Source: Candidatus Poribacteria bacterium (GTDB lineage Bacteria; Poribacteria; WGA-4E; PCPOR2b). From it: a stretch of 64,000 nucleotides of DNA. The notes beneath the pieces are model-generated. The model saw only the letters and a program-made list of their open reading frames with translations, was not told where the DNA came from and searched no databases. The translations under genes and the position numbers were made by a program. Shown one piece after another: positions 20,458-30,802 of the stretch (its first letter is position 1; each line of letters starts with the position of its first letter). The stretch lies in NCBI GenBank assembly GCA_965222435.1, contig OZ244950.1, forward strand, positions 5,547,983 through 5,611,982. The letters are read 5' to 3'.

Positions 20458-23301
20458 CTATCGTTGTGGTGCCGATTGCAAAGCTTTCCGTACCCCAGCA
20501 AGGTTGTGCTTGGCTTCAGCGTAGTCAGGATCCAATCGGACTGCTGTTTTGAAGTGCTTTCGTGCCTCGACGAAGTCTCCCTGCGTCGCCAAAGCCAGTC
20601 CGATGTGATTGTGCGTCTCAGCGTGGTTTGGTCGTAGACGTAACGATGCCTGATAGTATGGAATCGATGCCTCAATTCTGCCAAGCCGGTAAAGCGTATG
20701 GGCGATGCCGTGCAGCACATGAGGATCTTCCGGACGAATTCGGTTAGCCTCCACATAATAACGCCCCGCCGCTTTGTTCCGCCCCTGCCCGATGAGCGCA
20801 TCGGCGAGCATACGGTTCGCTTCAAAATGGTCTGGATTCCAGCCCACCGCTTCTGAAAGTAATGTAATAACCTCGTCGGCTGCATCGTCTCTCGAAAGTG
20901 CCAGCAGCTCCGCTTGCCGGAGAATGGCTTCTGCGACAATTGCCCCCAGATTTTTCTTGCGAACCTCCTCAATAACCGAAACCTCCTCAGGAGAAAGCAC
21001 AAAATCAACCACTTTATCAAAAGGAGTGATATGCTTGAGTAGATGGTCTTTGATAATCGGAATCTCATTCATCTCGGTGATGTAGTCCAAACTGGTTGCG
21101 TAATCGAGCACCGGCAGATTATCACGGTAAAGGCGACCTTCTGATGCGAGGTCTGCGAGTTCACGCGGACCTGCTAGATACCCGCCGAGAAAGACGGGAA
21201 GCCGGTTAAGCCAATGTTGAGGACCGCCCCAAAAGGTGTAGCGCAAGTCTTGATGCACGGCTTGATTGGACGACAACCGTTCTAACGCGGTGCGGCTGAA
21301 TTTGAAATCTGCATCGTTGACACCAATCAAGAGCAAATCGGAGGAATTGTACCACAGAAAACTCTGCGGGAAGGCATCAAGAAAGGTTTTGATCACACCC
21401 CGGAATTGGTCGGTTGTGAGCGATGGTGTTGAGACTAGTTGAGTGAGGAGCCCCCCCGGACGGAGTCGTTGCCGGGAGCGGTGGTAGAAATCAGCAGTAT
21501 AGAAGAACGCGATACCGGGGCGAAAGATTTGGCCCACCTCAATGGCAATCACATCATACATAACGTCACTGTGATTCAAGTAGTTAAGCCCATCCTCGCT
21601 GATTAGCTTGACCCGTTCGTCAGTCATCCACTTCGAGTCGAAATGGTCGCGGATAAACTCAAACAGCATCGGTTCGATATCAACACAATCAAGATGGTTA
21701 ATATCGTACATCAGAAAACGGCTCGGCGTTTGTCCTGTACCGGCACCTACGACAAGAGCGTTCTTTGGATTTGGATGTAAAAGCATTGGGATATGCGCCC
21801 CAACCACCTGCTGATTTTTTAGATTGCTTCCCTGCCACCATCGGTCAATCTCCAGTTCAATCCACTCCTCGCCTCTTCGGATAACAGCCAAATCCCCATC
21901 AAATCCCTCACGAAAAGCCACTAACTGCCGTCCATCCGCAAGAAAGTCGGCGGGAATCTGAGTCCTCGAAGCAAAAGGGATGCAGATCCAGATGAGTAAT
22001 GCTCCGGCGACTGCCCCTCCTCGAAAGAGCGGTGAGAAGGTTTTGTCAATCCAGAACCATGCAGCGAACCCGGTTAATAAGCTGATACCTGTAATAAACA
22101 AGAGACTGAACTTTATTCCAAAGATGGGTAGCCCCACAAATCCGATCAGCAGCGAACCAAGAATTCCGCCCAGCGTGTTAATCGCCGCCATGCGTCCCGT
22201 CCCGATACTTGCCCTTGACGCATCTTCTACAACCATCCGCACCGCAAGCGGAAATGACGCGCCCGAAAGGATCGCGGGAGGCAATAATAGGAGGAAATAC
22301 ATCCCCAACTCATTTTTGACACCCGCCCAAAAGGTATGTGGAAGGGTCATAACGGTCAGCACCGATAGCCCTGTAAGAATTTGAAATAGACCAAAATATC
22401 GTGCACGCGGTGTTGACCGATCGAAGAGACGAGAAGCCAGAAAACTACCAAGAACAATACCGACCAGTACCACTGTTAGTGTCAAGGTGTAGGTATAGAC
22501 GTTATTCTGACGGGTCAAGAGTCGCAGGTAGCGTGTCCAAAGTACCTCACTTCCAAGGACGACAAAGCCAACGGAAAAAAACAGAATGGCGATAGGAATT
22601 TGAGCAGCGGTAAATCGTTCCTTAACTGTTTTGCTTTGACTTGTAGACCGCCCTGAATCTCGATCCAATTGGGGAAGTTGATTTTTGGTGATAGGTAATA
22701 GTCCAACGGCAATGCCACACAGGATGTTCAGAGCAGCCCCAAGCTGAACGCTGAGCCGAAGCCCAAACGTCGGCAGCAAGAAGAGCCCAGCTGCTGCACA
22801 GCCGACAGCTGCTCCTAAGGTGTTCACCCCGTAAAGCATTCCAACAGAATTGGCTACCTTTGCGTCGCTGCGAACAAATTGGCGACAAAAGAGGGGAAGC
22901 GTACTGCCCATGAGGATGGTAGGTGGGAGGATAACGAGAGACACTAGCACGCCGCGTGCTACGAATAGAATAACGGCATGACCCGCTAGGGCGCGATAGA
23001 TTGGTCCGTAGAAGCTTTCCGTGAAATCAAGGAGGTAAGGACTTGCCATAGCGAACAGCCCAAGTCCGACTTCGATCAGTGCGTAAAGCCGCAACGGTCG
23101 CAACGTTCTTTGACCAATTCGTCCAAACAGGTAACTTCCGCAAGCCAGTCCGAGAAAAAAGACCGCTAATACTGTGCTAACAGCAAACGTCGTAGATCCG
23201 AAGACCAGAGAAGCCTTGCGTATCCACGACACCTCGTAGACTAGCCCCGCGAAACCAGAGAGGAAGAAACAGACAATTGCAATGCCGTTTTGGATTTTCA
23301 T
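20458..23301 (-). CDS. Fused MFS-like membrane domain / spermidine-synthase-like (polyamine aminopropyltransferase fold) protein with C-terminal TPR repeats
   Basis: 947 aa. About 12 N-terminal TM helices are followed by a spermidine-synthase-like Rossmann region (VVGAGTGQT ... DVIAIEVG) and C-terminal TPR repeats (YYQASLRLRPNHAETHNHIGLALATQG...). This architecture is known as fused MFS/spermidine synthase. Confidence 0.75.
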   Translation of the reverse strand: MKIQNGIAIVCFFLSGFAGLVYEVSWIRKASLVFGSTTFAVSTVLAVFFLGLACGSYLFGRIGQRTLRPLRLYALIEVGLGLFAMASPYLLDFTESFYGPIYRALAGHAVILFVARGVLVSLVILPPTILMGSTLPLFCRQFVRSDAKVANSVGMLYGVNTLGAAVGCAAAGLFLLPTFGLRLSVQLGAALNILCGIAVGLLPITKNQLPQLDRDSGRSTSQSKTVKERFTAAQIPIAILFFSVGFVVLGSEVLWTRYLRLLTRQNNVYTYTLTLTVVLVGIVLGSFLASRLFDRSTPRARYFGLFQILTGLSVLTVMTLPHTFWAGVKNELGMYFLLLLPPAILSGASFPLAVRMVVEDASRASIGTGRMAAINTLGGILGSLLIGFVGLPIFGIKFSLLFITGISLLTGFAAWFWIDKTFSPLFRGGAVAGALLIWICIPFASRTQIPADFLADGRQLVAFREGFDGDLAVIRRGEEWIELEIDRWWQGSNLKNQQVVGAHIPMLLHPNPKNALVVGAGTGQTPSRFLMYDINHLDCVDIEPMLFEFIRDHFDSKWMTDERVKLISEDGLNYLNHSDVMYDVIAIEVGQIFRPGIAFFYTADFYHRSRQRLRPGGLLTQLVSTPSLTTDQFRGVIKTFLDAFPQSFLWYNSSDLLLIGVNDADFKFSRTALERLSSNQAVHQDLRYTFWGGPQHWLNRLPVFLGGYLAGPRELADLASEGRLYRDNLPVLDYATSLDYITEMNEIPIIKDHLLKHITPFDKVVDFVLSPEEVSVIEEVRKKNLGAIVAEAILRQAELLALSRDDAADEVITLLSEAVGWNPDHFEANRMLADALIGQGRNKAAGRYYVEANRIRPEDPHVLHGIAHTLYRLGRIEASIPYYQASLRLRPNHAETHNHIGLALATQGDFVEARKHFKTAVRLDPDYAEAKHNLAGVRKALQSAPQR

Positions 23302-23387
23302 GATGAGGTCAAATACAACTCAGGTCTTGCAACCAATAGGCTGTTAACTCAGCCGTATGGACTGAGACTATTCAGGGCAAAGATATC

Positions 23388-24200
23388 TTATTTAGTCGCC
23401 TTAAGCGAGAATAGTTGTGGGACTGAGTCATTGTGTGTCGTAAGCCGCCACCAGCTGTCCTCACCTTTTTCCATACATGGAAAGGCTTTATAGCCACTGA
23501 GTGCAAACTCGTGGAAGAACTGAATCCGTAATCCAGCATCCAAGATGGCATTCAGTATCTCACCGACGTTGTGCTGCCATTCGTAACACCCAGCTTCTAT
23601 GATGTCTGAACCTGCATAGGTGTGCTGACCACCCTCGTAGAACTCACCTTCGGATTTTTTGAAGTATGGGTATCGCACTCGTAGCTCCTGAACCCCAGCT
23701 TGGTTCTCTTCAGATTCAAGTATGTGTGAGAACGGGTGACCATCTAAGATGTAGAAAATGCCGTTGGGTTTGAGAAATCTGGCGATGACATTCGCCCATC
23801 CAGACAAATCTGGCAACCAGCAGAGCACGCCCATCGCCGTGTATACGATGTCGAACTCCTCATCCAGAGCATCAGGTAGGTCGTAGAGGTTGGAACAGAT
23901 AAATCGGGTATTCAATTGCAGCTCATCATTCAGTGTCCTTGCGAAATCAATTGCGGCATCTGAGATGTCAACCCCTGTAGCCTGTGCCCCCAAACGAGCC
24001 CACGACATAGTGTCCATACCGAAGTGACACTGAAGGTGCAGCAGAGACTTGCGATCGACAGAACCCACTTCAGTTCTTTCTATATCGTTCAGCGTTATCC
24101 GACCATTGCGAAATCCTGCCACATCGTAAAATTCAGAGACTGCATGAACAGGGGTGCGCTCGTTCCAATTCTTTCGGTTGGCTTCTATGCGAGGATCCAT
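23388..24200 (-). CDS. Class I SAM-dependent methyltransferase
   Basis: 270 aa. Motif I region GVDISDAAIDFA and acidic post-II/III motifs are present. Confidence 0.75.
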   Translation of the reverse strand: MDPRIEANRKNWNERTPVHAVSEFYDVAGFRNGRITLNDIERTEVGSVDRKSLLHLQCHFGMDTMSWARLGAQATGVDISDAAIDFARTLNDELQLNTRFICSNLYDLPDALDEEFDIVYTAMGVLCWLPDLSGWANVIARFLKPNGIFYILDGHPFSHILESEENQAGVQELRVRYPYFKKSEGEFYEGGQHTYAGSDIIEAGCYEWQHNVGEILNAILDAGLRIQFFHEFALSGYKAFPCMEKGEDSWWRLTTHNDSVPQLFSLKATK

Positions 24201-24370
24201 AATTGTGTTCCTCTACCTCCAAGATTCATTGACGGATTGGCTTAAAAAACATTGAATACTCCGATAGGAGAAGGAAACCCCACCTCCACCGCAACGTTCA
24301 TGATAGACCATCGCGGTTCGTACTGGTATCCACGGGTGGAATGGGATCGATTTCTGCCTGCAAGCCTAAA

Positions 24371-24399
24371 TTGACATCTTCGACAAGCTATGCTAAAAT
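24371..24399 (+). promoter_or_regulatory. Near-consensus sigma70 promoter (TTGACA, 17 nt spacer, TAAAAT) upstream of the 24463 gene
   Basis: TTGACA at 24371-24376 and TAAAAT at 24394-24399. The RBS AAGGAGGG precedes the ATG at 24463. Confidence 0.5.
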
Positions 24400-24462
24400 C
24401 AGGGTCTCAACTGCAAATTATAACTTATTCAAGGCTAGAGTTCAAGGAGGGAGAAATAACAG

Positions 24463-24849
24463 ATGCAGAAACACAGCAAGCGTCAGATTCTCATGAAAGG
24501 ATTGCGCTTAAAGTGTCCAAGGTGCGGTGAAGGCCAAATGTTTTCAGGTTTGTTCAAAACGCGTTTGGAGTGTGGCAATTGCCACTTTAGGTTTGAGCGC
24601 GAGGCGGGATACTTTGTTGGGGCAATGTATATTAACTACGGTATGACCGTTTTCATTGCATTTGCAGGCTATTTTGCGTTGGGCTATTTCACTTCTATCT
24701 CTTTTCTTGCGAACTTCATTCTGTGGGTAGCTTTCTGCGCCCTTTTCCCCATCTTCTTTTTCCGCTATTCTCGTAGTCTATGGTTGAGCCTCGACTACAT
24801 TTTCAATCCTTCCAAACCGTCGGATGCGCACCGGGAAGGAACGGAATAA
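24463..24849 (+). CDS. DUF983-like small membrane protein with N-terminal zinc ribbon
   Basis: 128 aa. The CPRCGEGQMFSGLFK...CGNCHF zinc ribbon is followed by 2 TM helices. The arrangement is typical of DUF983. Confidence 0.6.
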   Translation: MQKHSKRQILMKGLRLKCPRCGEGQMFSGLFKTRLECGNCHFRFEREAGYFVGAMYINYGMTVFIAFAGYFALGYFTSISFLANFILWVAFCALFPIFFFRYSRSLWLSLDYIFNPSKPSDAHREGTE

Positions 24850-24875
24850 CCGCCTTCCTCCTAGGCTATATATCT

Positions 24876-26063
24876 TCAAATATCTTCAAAATCTCGGAAG
24901 CGCTCGCAACGGGTAGGGTGCCGTAGTCGATTCAAGGCTCTCACCTCAAGCTGTCGAATTCGCTCTCTGGAAAGATTCAGGAGTGAGCCAATCTCCTGTA
25001 AACTGTGCTCTTTCCCATTTTCCAGCCCATATCTTAGGGAAACGATTTGCTGTTCGCGTGGCGGTAGCTCGGTTAGGGCTGTTTTCACTTCGTCCACCAA
25101 ATTTTGCCGAGTAAGTTCCGCTAGCGGGTTCGGGGTCTTTTCACACGCGACAAAATCCTCAATTCCACCTTGACCTGAACTAGTATAAGTTTCTAGCGAT
25201 ATGGTATTAGCGGTTAGTCGATCCAGTAGCAGGAGCCGATCTACGGTGAGTCCCGATGCCTCGGCGACCTCTTGTCGGCTCGGTTCACGATTGGTCTGCT
25301 GATGCAGGCTTGCTTCCACTCGATTCACCTTCCGAATCTCACTGAAGAGATAGGCGGGCAGACGAATCGTTCGCCCATGATTGGCGATACCACAGCCAAT
25401 TGCCTGCTGCATCCACCACGAAGCATACGCTCCAAATTTGACACCACGCTGCCAATCAAAGTGATCGACTGCTTGGAGAAGTCCAATGCTTGCCTCTTGA
25501 ACTAGATCGAGTAAATCAAGTCCACGCTCCCGATATTTTTTGGCGATGCAGACTGCTAATCTTAAATTCGCCTCAACGATGCGGTTCTTAGCAGCATCAG
25601 CCTCTGCGTTGTACAACTTTATGTGCTGCACTAAATTCAAAAGGTACTCTTCGGTGGACTGTGGGAAGGATTCAGCTATAATCCTGCGGTTCAGGATAGC
25701 AGTAGGTGGTGGGTTGTCCAGAGAAAGGTCAGACAGGTAGGTTGCCAACTCCTGATAGAGTTCATCAACTTGCAACCGACGTTTTTCAATCCTGATGAAT
25801 AGGTTGGTTTCTTCTTCTTGAGTTAAGCGTGGGATTTTTCCAATCTGGTGAAGGTAGGTCCTTAAGAAACCGTCCTCCCGATCTGAATAACGGGTTTCAA
25901 ACGTTTTGGCGTTATCATTGGCTGCGTCAATTGGAAATTCTTCTGGTAACTCTTGTATCTGTGCATCGGTGGGTACAAAACGCAGCTTCGAGACTGTTAA
26001 ATCGTCAACGTGCATTTCAGTAGGACTTTTCAGCCGTGTAATTTCATTTGTCTGCAGCGCCAT
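24876..26063 (-). CDS. RNA polymerase sigma factor, sigma70 family (group 1/2-like, regions 1.2-4 present)
   Basis: Region 2 DLVQEASIGLLQAVDHFDWQRGVKFGAYASWWMQQAI, region 3, and the region 4 HTH SLQEIGSLLNLSRERIRQLEVRALNRLRH are all present. The start is placed at MALQTNEI (ATG at 26063, SD GGGGGA upstream), because the ORF-track start at 26231 lies upstream of the predicted sigma54 transcription start. Confidence 0.85.
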   Translation of the reverse strand: MALQTNEITRLKSPTEMHVDDLTVSKLRFVPTDAQIQELPEEFPIDAANDNAKTFETRYSDREDGFLRTYLHQIGKIPRLTQEEETNLFIRIEKRRLQVDELYQELATYLSDLSLDNPPPTAILNRRIIAESFPQSTEEYLLNLVQHIKLYNAEADAAKNRIVEANLRLAVCIAKKYRERGLDLLDLVQEASIGLLQAVDHFDWQRGVKFGAYASWWMQQAIGCGIANHGRTIRLPAYLFSEIRKVNRVEASLHQQTNREPSRQEVAEASGLTVDRLLLLDRLTANTISLETYTSSGQGGIEDFVACEKTPNPLAELTRQNLVDEVKTALTELPPREQQIVSLRYGLENGKEHSLQEIGSLLNLSRERIRQLEVRALNRLRHPTRCERFRDFEDI

Positions 26064-26120
26064 TCTTTCCCCCAACACTTGAATCTTTGCTTGCTCATAA
26101 ATTGCCTTATTTAATCTAAG

Positions 26121-26135
26121 GCAATATATGTGCCA
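26121..26135 (-). promoter_or_regulatory. Sigma54 (RpoN) -24/-12 promoter TGGCACatataTTGC driving the sigma70-family gene
   Basis: The minus strand reads caatgTGGCACATATATTGCCttag, with exact consensus GG and GC elements at the correct 10 nt spacing. The -12 element is embedded in a 9 bp-arm palindrome (ATTGCCTTA-n7-TAAGGCAAT, plus 26101-26125). An NtrC-type activator gene lies immediately upstream. Confidence 0.6.
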
Positions 26136-26357
26136 CATTGCGACAAGATGGAAATTGGGAGGAAATAGGAACGGGAAATCAGACATCACGTAACCACGAA
26201 AACAGACGGAGACAAGATTAGTGGCTATCAATTGAAAAATATTATTTTTTTTAATAATCGTATTTAATCGACTCTAATCGACAAGTCCAAGCTCGTTTAC
26301 GCATCACACCAACGTCATCTGAATGTGACGGTGTAACACAAAAGTGACAAATTGCCA

Positions 26358-27821
26358 CTAATCCTTGCTCAGATCTCGCTGCAACCCCAATTCATTAATC
26401 TTACGATGCAACGACTGGCGCCGAATACCGATCTGCTCCGCCGTTGCCTGAATATTCCAGTGATTTTGCTTGAGTTTGCGTTCCAAGAAAATTCGCTCAA
26501 ATCCCTGTGAAGCCTCCTTAATCGTTACGGTATCAAGTAGGCTGCGAAAATCTGCTTCCCGCAAATCTACATTCTCGTCCCCTCCACCCCCTCCTTGATT
26601 AGGGAACTCAGGGGCAGATTGAGCGTTCTTATCAAAGATTTCCGGTGCCAAATCGCGTATGGAAATCTGTGGCCCCGTACAAGTAAGGATCGCATATTCG
26701 ATCGCTTTTTCCAATTCCCGCACATTTCCCGGCCAATGATACTGCTCAAATGCTGCGAGCACCACATCGTCAAAACCAAAGGTACGTTTCTGTTCGAGAC
26801 CGTGAGAATATTTGTGAAGAAAATGCCACGCCAACAATTCAATATCTCCCTCGCGCTCACGCAATGGCGGTAAAGCGATTATTGGCTTCAAACGATAGTA
26901 GAGATCGCTCCGAAACTTACCTGCTGCCACAGCCGCCCCAAGGTCACGATTCGTTGCAGCGATAATCCGAACGTCGACCCGTTGTACTCTCACCCCAACG
27001 CCCTGAATCTCCTTATAATCCAGTACACGCAGTAATTTCGGCTGCATCTCCAGACCCAAATCACCAATCTCATCAAGGAAAATAGTCCCACCGTGTGCCT
27101 GCTGAAATTTGCCCGGACGTTGGTCAACTGATGTCGCCACCCGTCTCCCGATTCCGAATAGTTCTGCCTCAATTAACTCTGCCGGAATTGCGCTGCAATT
27201 AACAACCTCAAAGGGTCCCCCGGAACGTGGGCTATGCTTATGGATGGCGCGTGCGACAAAATCCTTTCCGGTGCCGCTTTCGCCATAGAGTAAGACATCT
27301 GTTTCTGATCGCGCAACTCGCCCGACCGTTGTCATCACTTCAATCATGGCAGGACTTTTGCCGATAATTTCATAATCGTCGGCAAAACCTATATTGTCAT
27401 CTTGAGCAGGAGGTTCGTGATCGCGCTGGCTCAACACCTCCTTGACGACTTCGATCAGGTGGGTGTAGTTAATCGGCTTGCTGACATAGTCATAAATCCC
27501 CAATCCACTTGCCTCAAGTGCCGTTTCCGAAGAGCTATTGGCAGTGATGACTATGGCTTGCGGTATCGGGCGTTGTTTCTTGCTCTGCTTAAGAACCTTT
27601 AGCCCTGCTTCTCTATCCAAAATCCCCTGAACGTCCGGCATCCAGAGATCGACCAGAATCAAGTCATAAGGTGGATTTTCGTCTAACTGTGCAATTGCCG
27701 CATCCCGATTATAAGCAAAATCAACGGAGGCATCAATTGATGTCTCCATCTTGAGTTGCGTATCAATGTATTTACAGGTCGCCTGTTCGTCGTCCGCGAT
27801 TAAAATTCGTGCATGTTTCAT
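26358..27821 (-). CDS. Sigma54-dependent response regulator (NtrC family: REC + AAA+ sigma54-activation + Fis-type HTH)
   Basis: The REC domain (ILIADDE...DLILVDLWMPD), Walker A GESGTGKDFVARAIH, the GAFTGA-region ELFG, and the C-terminal HTH IQATAEQIGIRRQSLHRKI are all present. Confidence 0.9.
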   Translation of the reverse strand: MKHARILIADDEQATCKYIDTQLKMETSIDASVDFAYNRDAAIAQLDENPPYDLILVDLWMPDVQGILDREAGLKVLKQSKKQRPIPQAIVITANSSSETALEASGLGIYDYVSKPINYTHLIEVVKEVLSQRDHEPPAQDDNIGFADDYEIIGKSPAMIEVMTTVGRVARSETDVLLYGESGTGKDFVARAIHKHSPRSGGPFEVVNCSAIPAELIEAELFGIGRRVATSVDQRPGKFQQAHGGTIFLDEIGDLGLEMQPKLLRVLDYKEIQGVGVRVQRVDVRIIAATNRDLGAAVAAGKFRSDLYYRLKPIIALPPLREREGDIELLAWHFLHKYSHGLEQKRTFGFDDVVLAAFEQYHWPGNVRELEKAIEYAILTCTGPQISIRDLAPEIFDKNAQSAPEFPNQGGGGGDENVDLREADFRSLLDTVTIKEASQGFERIFLERKLKQNHWNIQATAEQIGIRRQSLHRKINELGLQRDLSKD

Positions 27822-27870
27822 GATTTGTATCCGTTAATGCGTAATTGCCTATGAAAACGGTGGAGATCGG

Positions 27871-29808
27871 CTACAACCTAACGAAAAACGTCGTTCCGAT
27901 GCCAACCTCGCTCTCCACCCGTACTGTTCCGCCATGCCCCTCGACGATATTCTTTACATTGACCAGACCAAGTCCCAATCCACGTGGCTTAGTTGTATAA
28001 AAAGGTTCAAAAATTCGATAGAGTTCGTCCGCAGGAATGCCCGCTCCTGTGTCCTTGACAATGACGGTAACTCCATCCTGGTGAGATGTTGACACCTCCA
28101 CGACGATTTCCAACGCCCCCCCCGACGGCATCGCTTGACAAGCATTTTTGATCAGGTTCGTAAAGACAATTCGCATCTTATCATCATCAAGAAGAAGCGG
28201 CGGAATTGCCGACGGCAGATTCATCCGGACTTCGATCTGATTCTCATCAATCACCGGTTGTACCATCTCCACCGCAGACTTCAGGAGGGGTTCAAGCACT
28301 TGACGCTGAAAATTCATGTGGGAATCTTGGAAAAAGCTGAATTCATCTTCGATCATTTCGTCCAGCTTTGTTACCCACCCAATAATCTGGTCCATTTCAC
28401 TAACAATCTCTTCGGGCTGTTCTCTCAGCTTGAGAGGGTCTTGCTTTTGGAAATTAACCCGGATCATTTCTGCAGGAGCGCGGATCAGGTTCAGCGCATT
28501 TCGTAACTCATGCCGAACACGCGCCGACATCACACCAAACACAGCCTCTTTCTCCGATCTGACCAGTTGATCTTGCGTCGTTTGCAACTGCCGAAGCAAA
28601 TGCCGCAGCCGAAGGTGCGCCAAGAGTAAGCTACTAATTACACTACTAAGCAGCAATGCTAGGGTTGATCCAGCGACTTCAATCCAAAGGTCAAAGAGAA
28701 CAAACATCCCACCGACAAAAAGGAGGTGGCATAGTATCAGTCCGCTGCCGAAGAGTAGCACGGATCGGTAGCTATCCCCGCTTCGGTAGATTAACATTGT
28801 AGCTGCGACAGAAAAGATCGCAAGGCAAACGACATAGAGCAGATTTCCACCGCGACTAAGTTGCCAGACGAAACCTTGATTTAATAAACCGTTGAGAAGA
28901 TTTGCCCGCAGAGCAAGTGCTGACAGTTCGCCCAAGGGGGTCGCCCTTTTGTTGACGCCCTCCGTTGTGATACCAATTAATATACACTTATTGCTAAATT
29001 CATGCAGAAACTGGTTCGTCTTATTCTCCGACATTGATAGGGCATCGAAAAAGGAAACAGGCCGAAACGCCTCCTCATCGCCTACAAACCGAATGAATAA
29101 TTGTCCCTGTGAGTCAATAGGAATGCGGACTACCTCTCCCGCAGGCGAGTTGAATTCAAGATATTTTCCAATCCAAAATCCTTCCCGCAATTTTATAGAT
29201 GTGGGAAAAACACCATAGGTTTGACACAGCATCGACATTGCGAAAGAGTAACGGTAGATATCTGTGGCACGGTCTTCGACAACAAGCTGGGCGGAACGGG
29301 AGATGCCATCGGAATCGCTCAACGGGAAATAACTAAAGCTCCAGCCCTGCGCTTGTGCTAAACTATCGGGTAAGGTGCGCCAATCGGTGACTTTTGGCAG
29401 CGCATGACGGTCCACGGTCTTCGCCTTCGGGTAGGAGCGGATAACAAATAGCTTTTTACCGGGAATCCGCTGTTCATCTGGCCACTCACGATTGAACGAC
29501 GCAACTAAACCGATTGCTTTCGGATCTGCTTGTTGGAGGGTTCTTATCAACGTAGCGTAAAGATGAGAACGCCATGGCATCGCCCCAAGTTCCTTCTCAC
29601 TTTTGGCATCAATCGTAATCAGCGCAATTTGAGAGGAAATTGGCGAAGAAGGAGGCGCAGTCCATCGTAGGCGGTTATCTAGCGTCTTCAGTTCAATAAA
29701 CTCAAAAGTACCCAGATCACGTAGAAACCCAACTACTATGAACGGCAGCAGACTCACGATGCCGATCAGGAGATATACTTTCTGAGATTGCGCTAGTTTT
29801 GAGAGCAT
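27871..29808 (-). CDS. Sensor histidine kinase with N-terminal CHASE2 extracytoplasmic sensor domain
   Basis: N-terminal TM, then a CHASE2-like region ([41 protein letters not shown]), then 3-4 TM helices. The HisKA H-box [12 protein letters not shown] and HATPase_c (G-box [22 protein letters not shown]) follow. Confidence 0.8.
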   Translation of the reverse strand: MLSKLAQSQKVYLLIGIVSLLPFIVVGFLRDLGTFEFIELKTLDNRLRWTAPPSSPISSQIALITIDAKSEKELGAMPWRSHLYATLIRTLQQADPKAIGLVASFNREWPDEQRIPGKKLFVIRSYPKAKTVDRHALPKVTDWRTLPDSLAQAQGWSFSYFPLSDSDGISRSAQLVVEDRATDIYRYSFAMSMLCQTYGVFPTSIKLREGFWIGKYLEFNSPAGEVVRIPIDSQGQLFIRFVGDEEAFRPVSFFDALSMSENKTNQFLHEFSNKCILIGITTEGVNKRATPLGELSALALRANLLNGLLNQGFVWQLSRGGNLLYVVCLAIFSVAATMLIYRSGDSYRSVLLFGSGLILCHLLFVGGMFVLFDLWIEVAGSTLALLLSSVISSLLLAHLRLRHLLRQLQTTQDQLVRSEKEAVFGVMSARVRHELRNALNLIRAPAEMIRVNFQKQDPLKLREQPEEIVSEMDQIIGWVTKLDEMIEDEFSFFQDSHMNFQRQVLEPLLKSAVEMVQPVIDENQIEVRMNLPSAIPPLLLDDDKMRIVFTNLIKNACQAMPSGGALEIVVEVSTSHQDGVTVIVKDTGAGIPADELYRIFEPFYTTKPRGLGLGLVNVKNIVEGHGGTVRVESEVGIGTTFFVRL

Positions 29809-29876
29809 AAAGTTTGGTGAGGCGTAAAATATGTAATCACCTCATTTGCTCGCGGACTCACTCCCCTGTTTCCTGT

Positions 29877-30755
29877 CTACTGCTGGCTTCCTTGATACCA
29901 TGCTGTCGTGAAATTCTGTTGAGACGATTGGATCTGCACAGCAATCCAGACCGTATCTTCTCCTTGCCTCTTATGGATTAACTGCTGATTTGCGGCAATC
30001 TGTTTTGCGTTGTTGGAGAGGACCTCGCTGTCAAAAATGACGAACAGCTGCCCTTTTTCATCTACGTCGAGATCAACGTTGAGACCAACACGGTGAAGCA
30101 GTTGAGCATACAACAAGGGACGAAGTGATACTTCCGCCTCAATCGTGTTGAGTATACCGTAGATTTTTCGAGCCAAGTCCAGATTGGGGGCAGGATACGC
30201 AGGATCCTCTACATTTTCTCGGACAGCGCTAATGAGAAGAGGAGAGACCGACGATACAATCTCATCGGGAAGCAGATTGATTTTGTGACGGAGGGTTTCC
30301 AGTTCATTTTGGCTTACCTTCACCGCAGGCAGCCCCTCAAAAGCCGAAGCGCGATCCCGTGTTTTTGGCTTATTACCAACGGGTAGCACATCTGTTGCGG
30401 GATCCTCATCAAAATCTTCATTAATCCGCCTGCCTTTTTGGGCATCTCTGCGATGAAGCCCTTCATCAATTAACGCGCGAACAAGCACCTCACGTCCACC
30501 TGAGAGAGTTGGTAAACGGGTGTCATCTGCTATTTTTAACCGCATCAGCGAGAAAGGTGGCATTCGCACCAAATCGTCTGCAGCTAGGACCATGCCCTTC
30601 TCCAGAAAACGCCACTCCTGTTCGCCAGTTTTTAGAATTTCTATCTTGCCAAAGGTAAATATTGCTGTTGACTCTTCCGATTCGGCATACGAGGTGTACG
30701 CCAGCATCATACAGAGTAAACAGATTGTAGAGGTTAAGGTTTTGTGTGCTATCAT
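29877..30755 (-). CDS. Secreted hypothetical protein, possibly FecR-like beta-sandwich N-terminal domain
   Basis: Signal peptide MIAHKTLTSTICLLCMMLAYTSYA. The sequence FTFGKIEILKTGEQEWRFLEKGMVLAADDLVRMPPFSLMRLKIADDTRL resembles FecR/PRC-type sensor domains. Confidence 0.45.
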   Translation of the reverse strand: MIAHKTLTSTICLLCMMLAYTSYAESEESTAIFTFGKIEILKTGEQEWRFLEKGMVLAADDLVRMPPFSLMRLKIADDTRLPTLSGGREVLVRALIDEGLHRRDAQKGRRINEDFDEDPATDVLPVGNKPKTRDRASAFEGLPAVKVSQNELETLRHKINLLPDEIVSSVSPLLISAVRENVEDPAYPAPNLDLARKIYGILNTIEAEVSLRPLLYAQLLHRVGLNVDLDVDEKGQLFVIFDSEVLSNNAKQIAANQQLIHKRQGEDTVWIAVQIQSSQQNFTTAWYQGSQQ

Positions 30756-30802
30756 TGATTTTCCTCCTAGTGTAACCTATTTTGGCTCATTGGTTTATTC
30801 GT

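Noticed and set aside
20406-21068. A 220 aa ORF overlapping the 3' part of the 947 aa gene on the same strand
   Set aside because: It is an out-of-frame overlap within a gene that has clear TPR motifs in its own frame. It is low-complexity and Arg-rich, typical of a spurious alternative frame.
26064-26231. N-terminal 56 codon extension of the sigma factor ORF (track start at 26231)
   Set aside because: The extension overlaps the predicted sigma54 promoter and transcription start and has no sigma region 1.1-like sequence. The MALQTNEI start has a Shine-Dalgarno.
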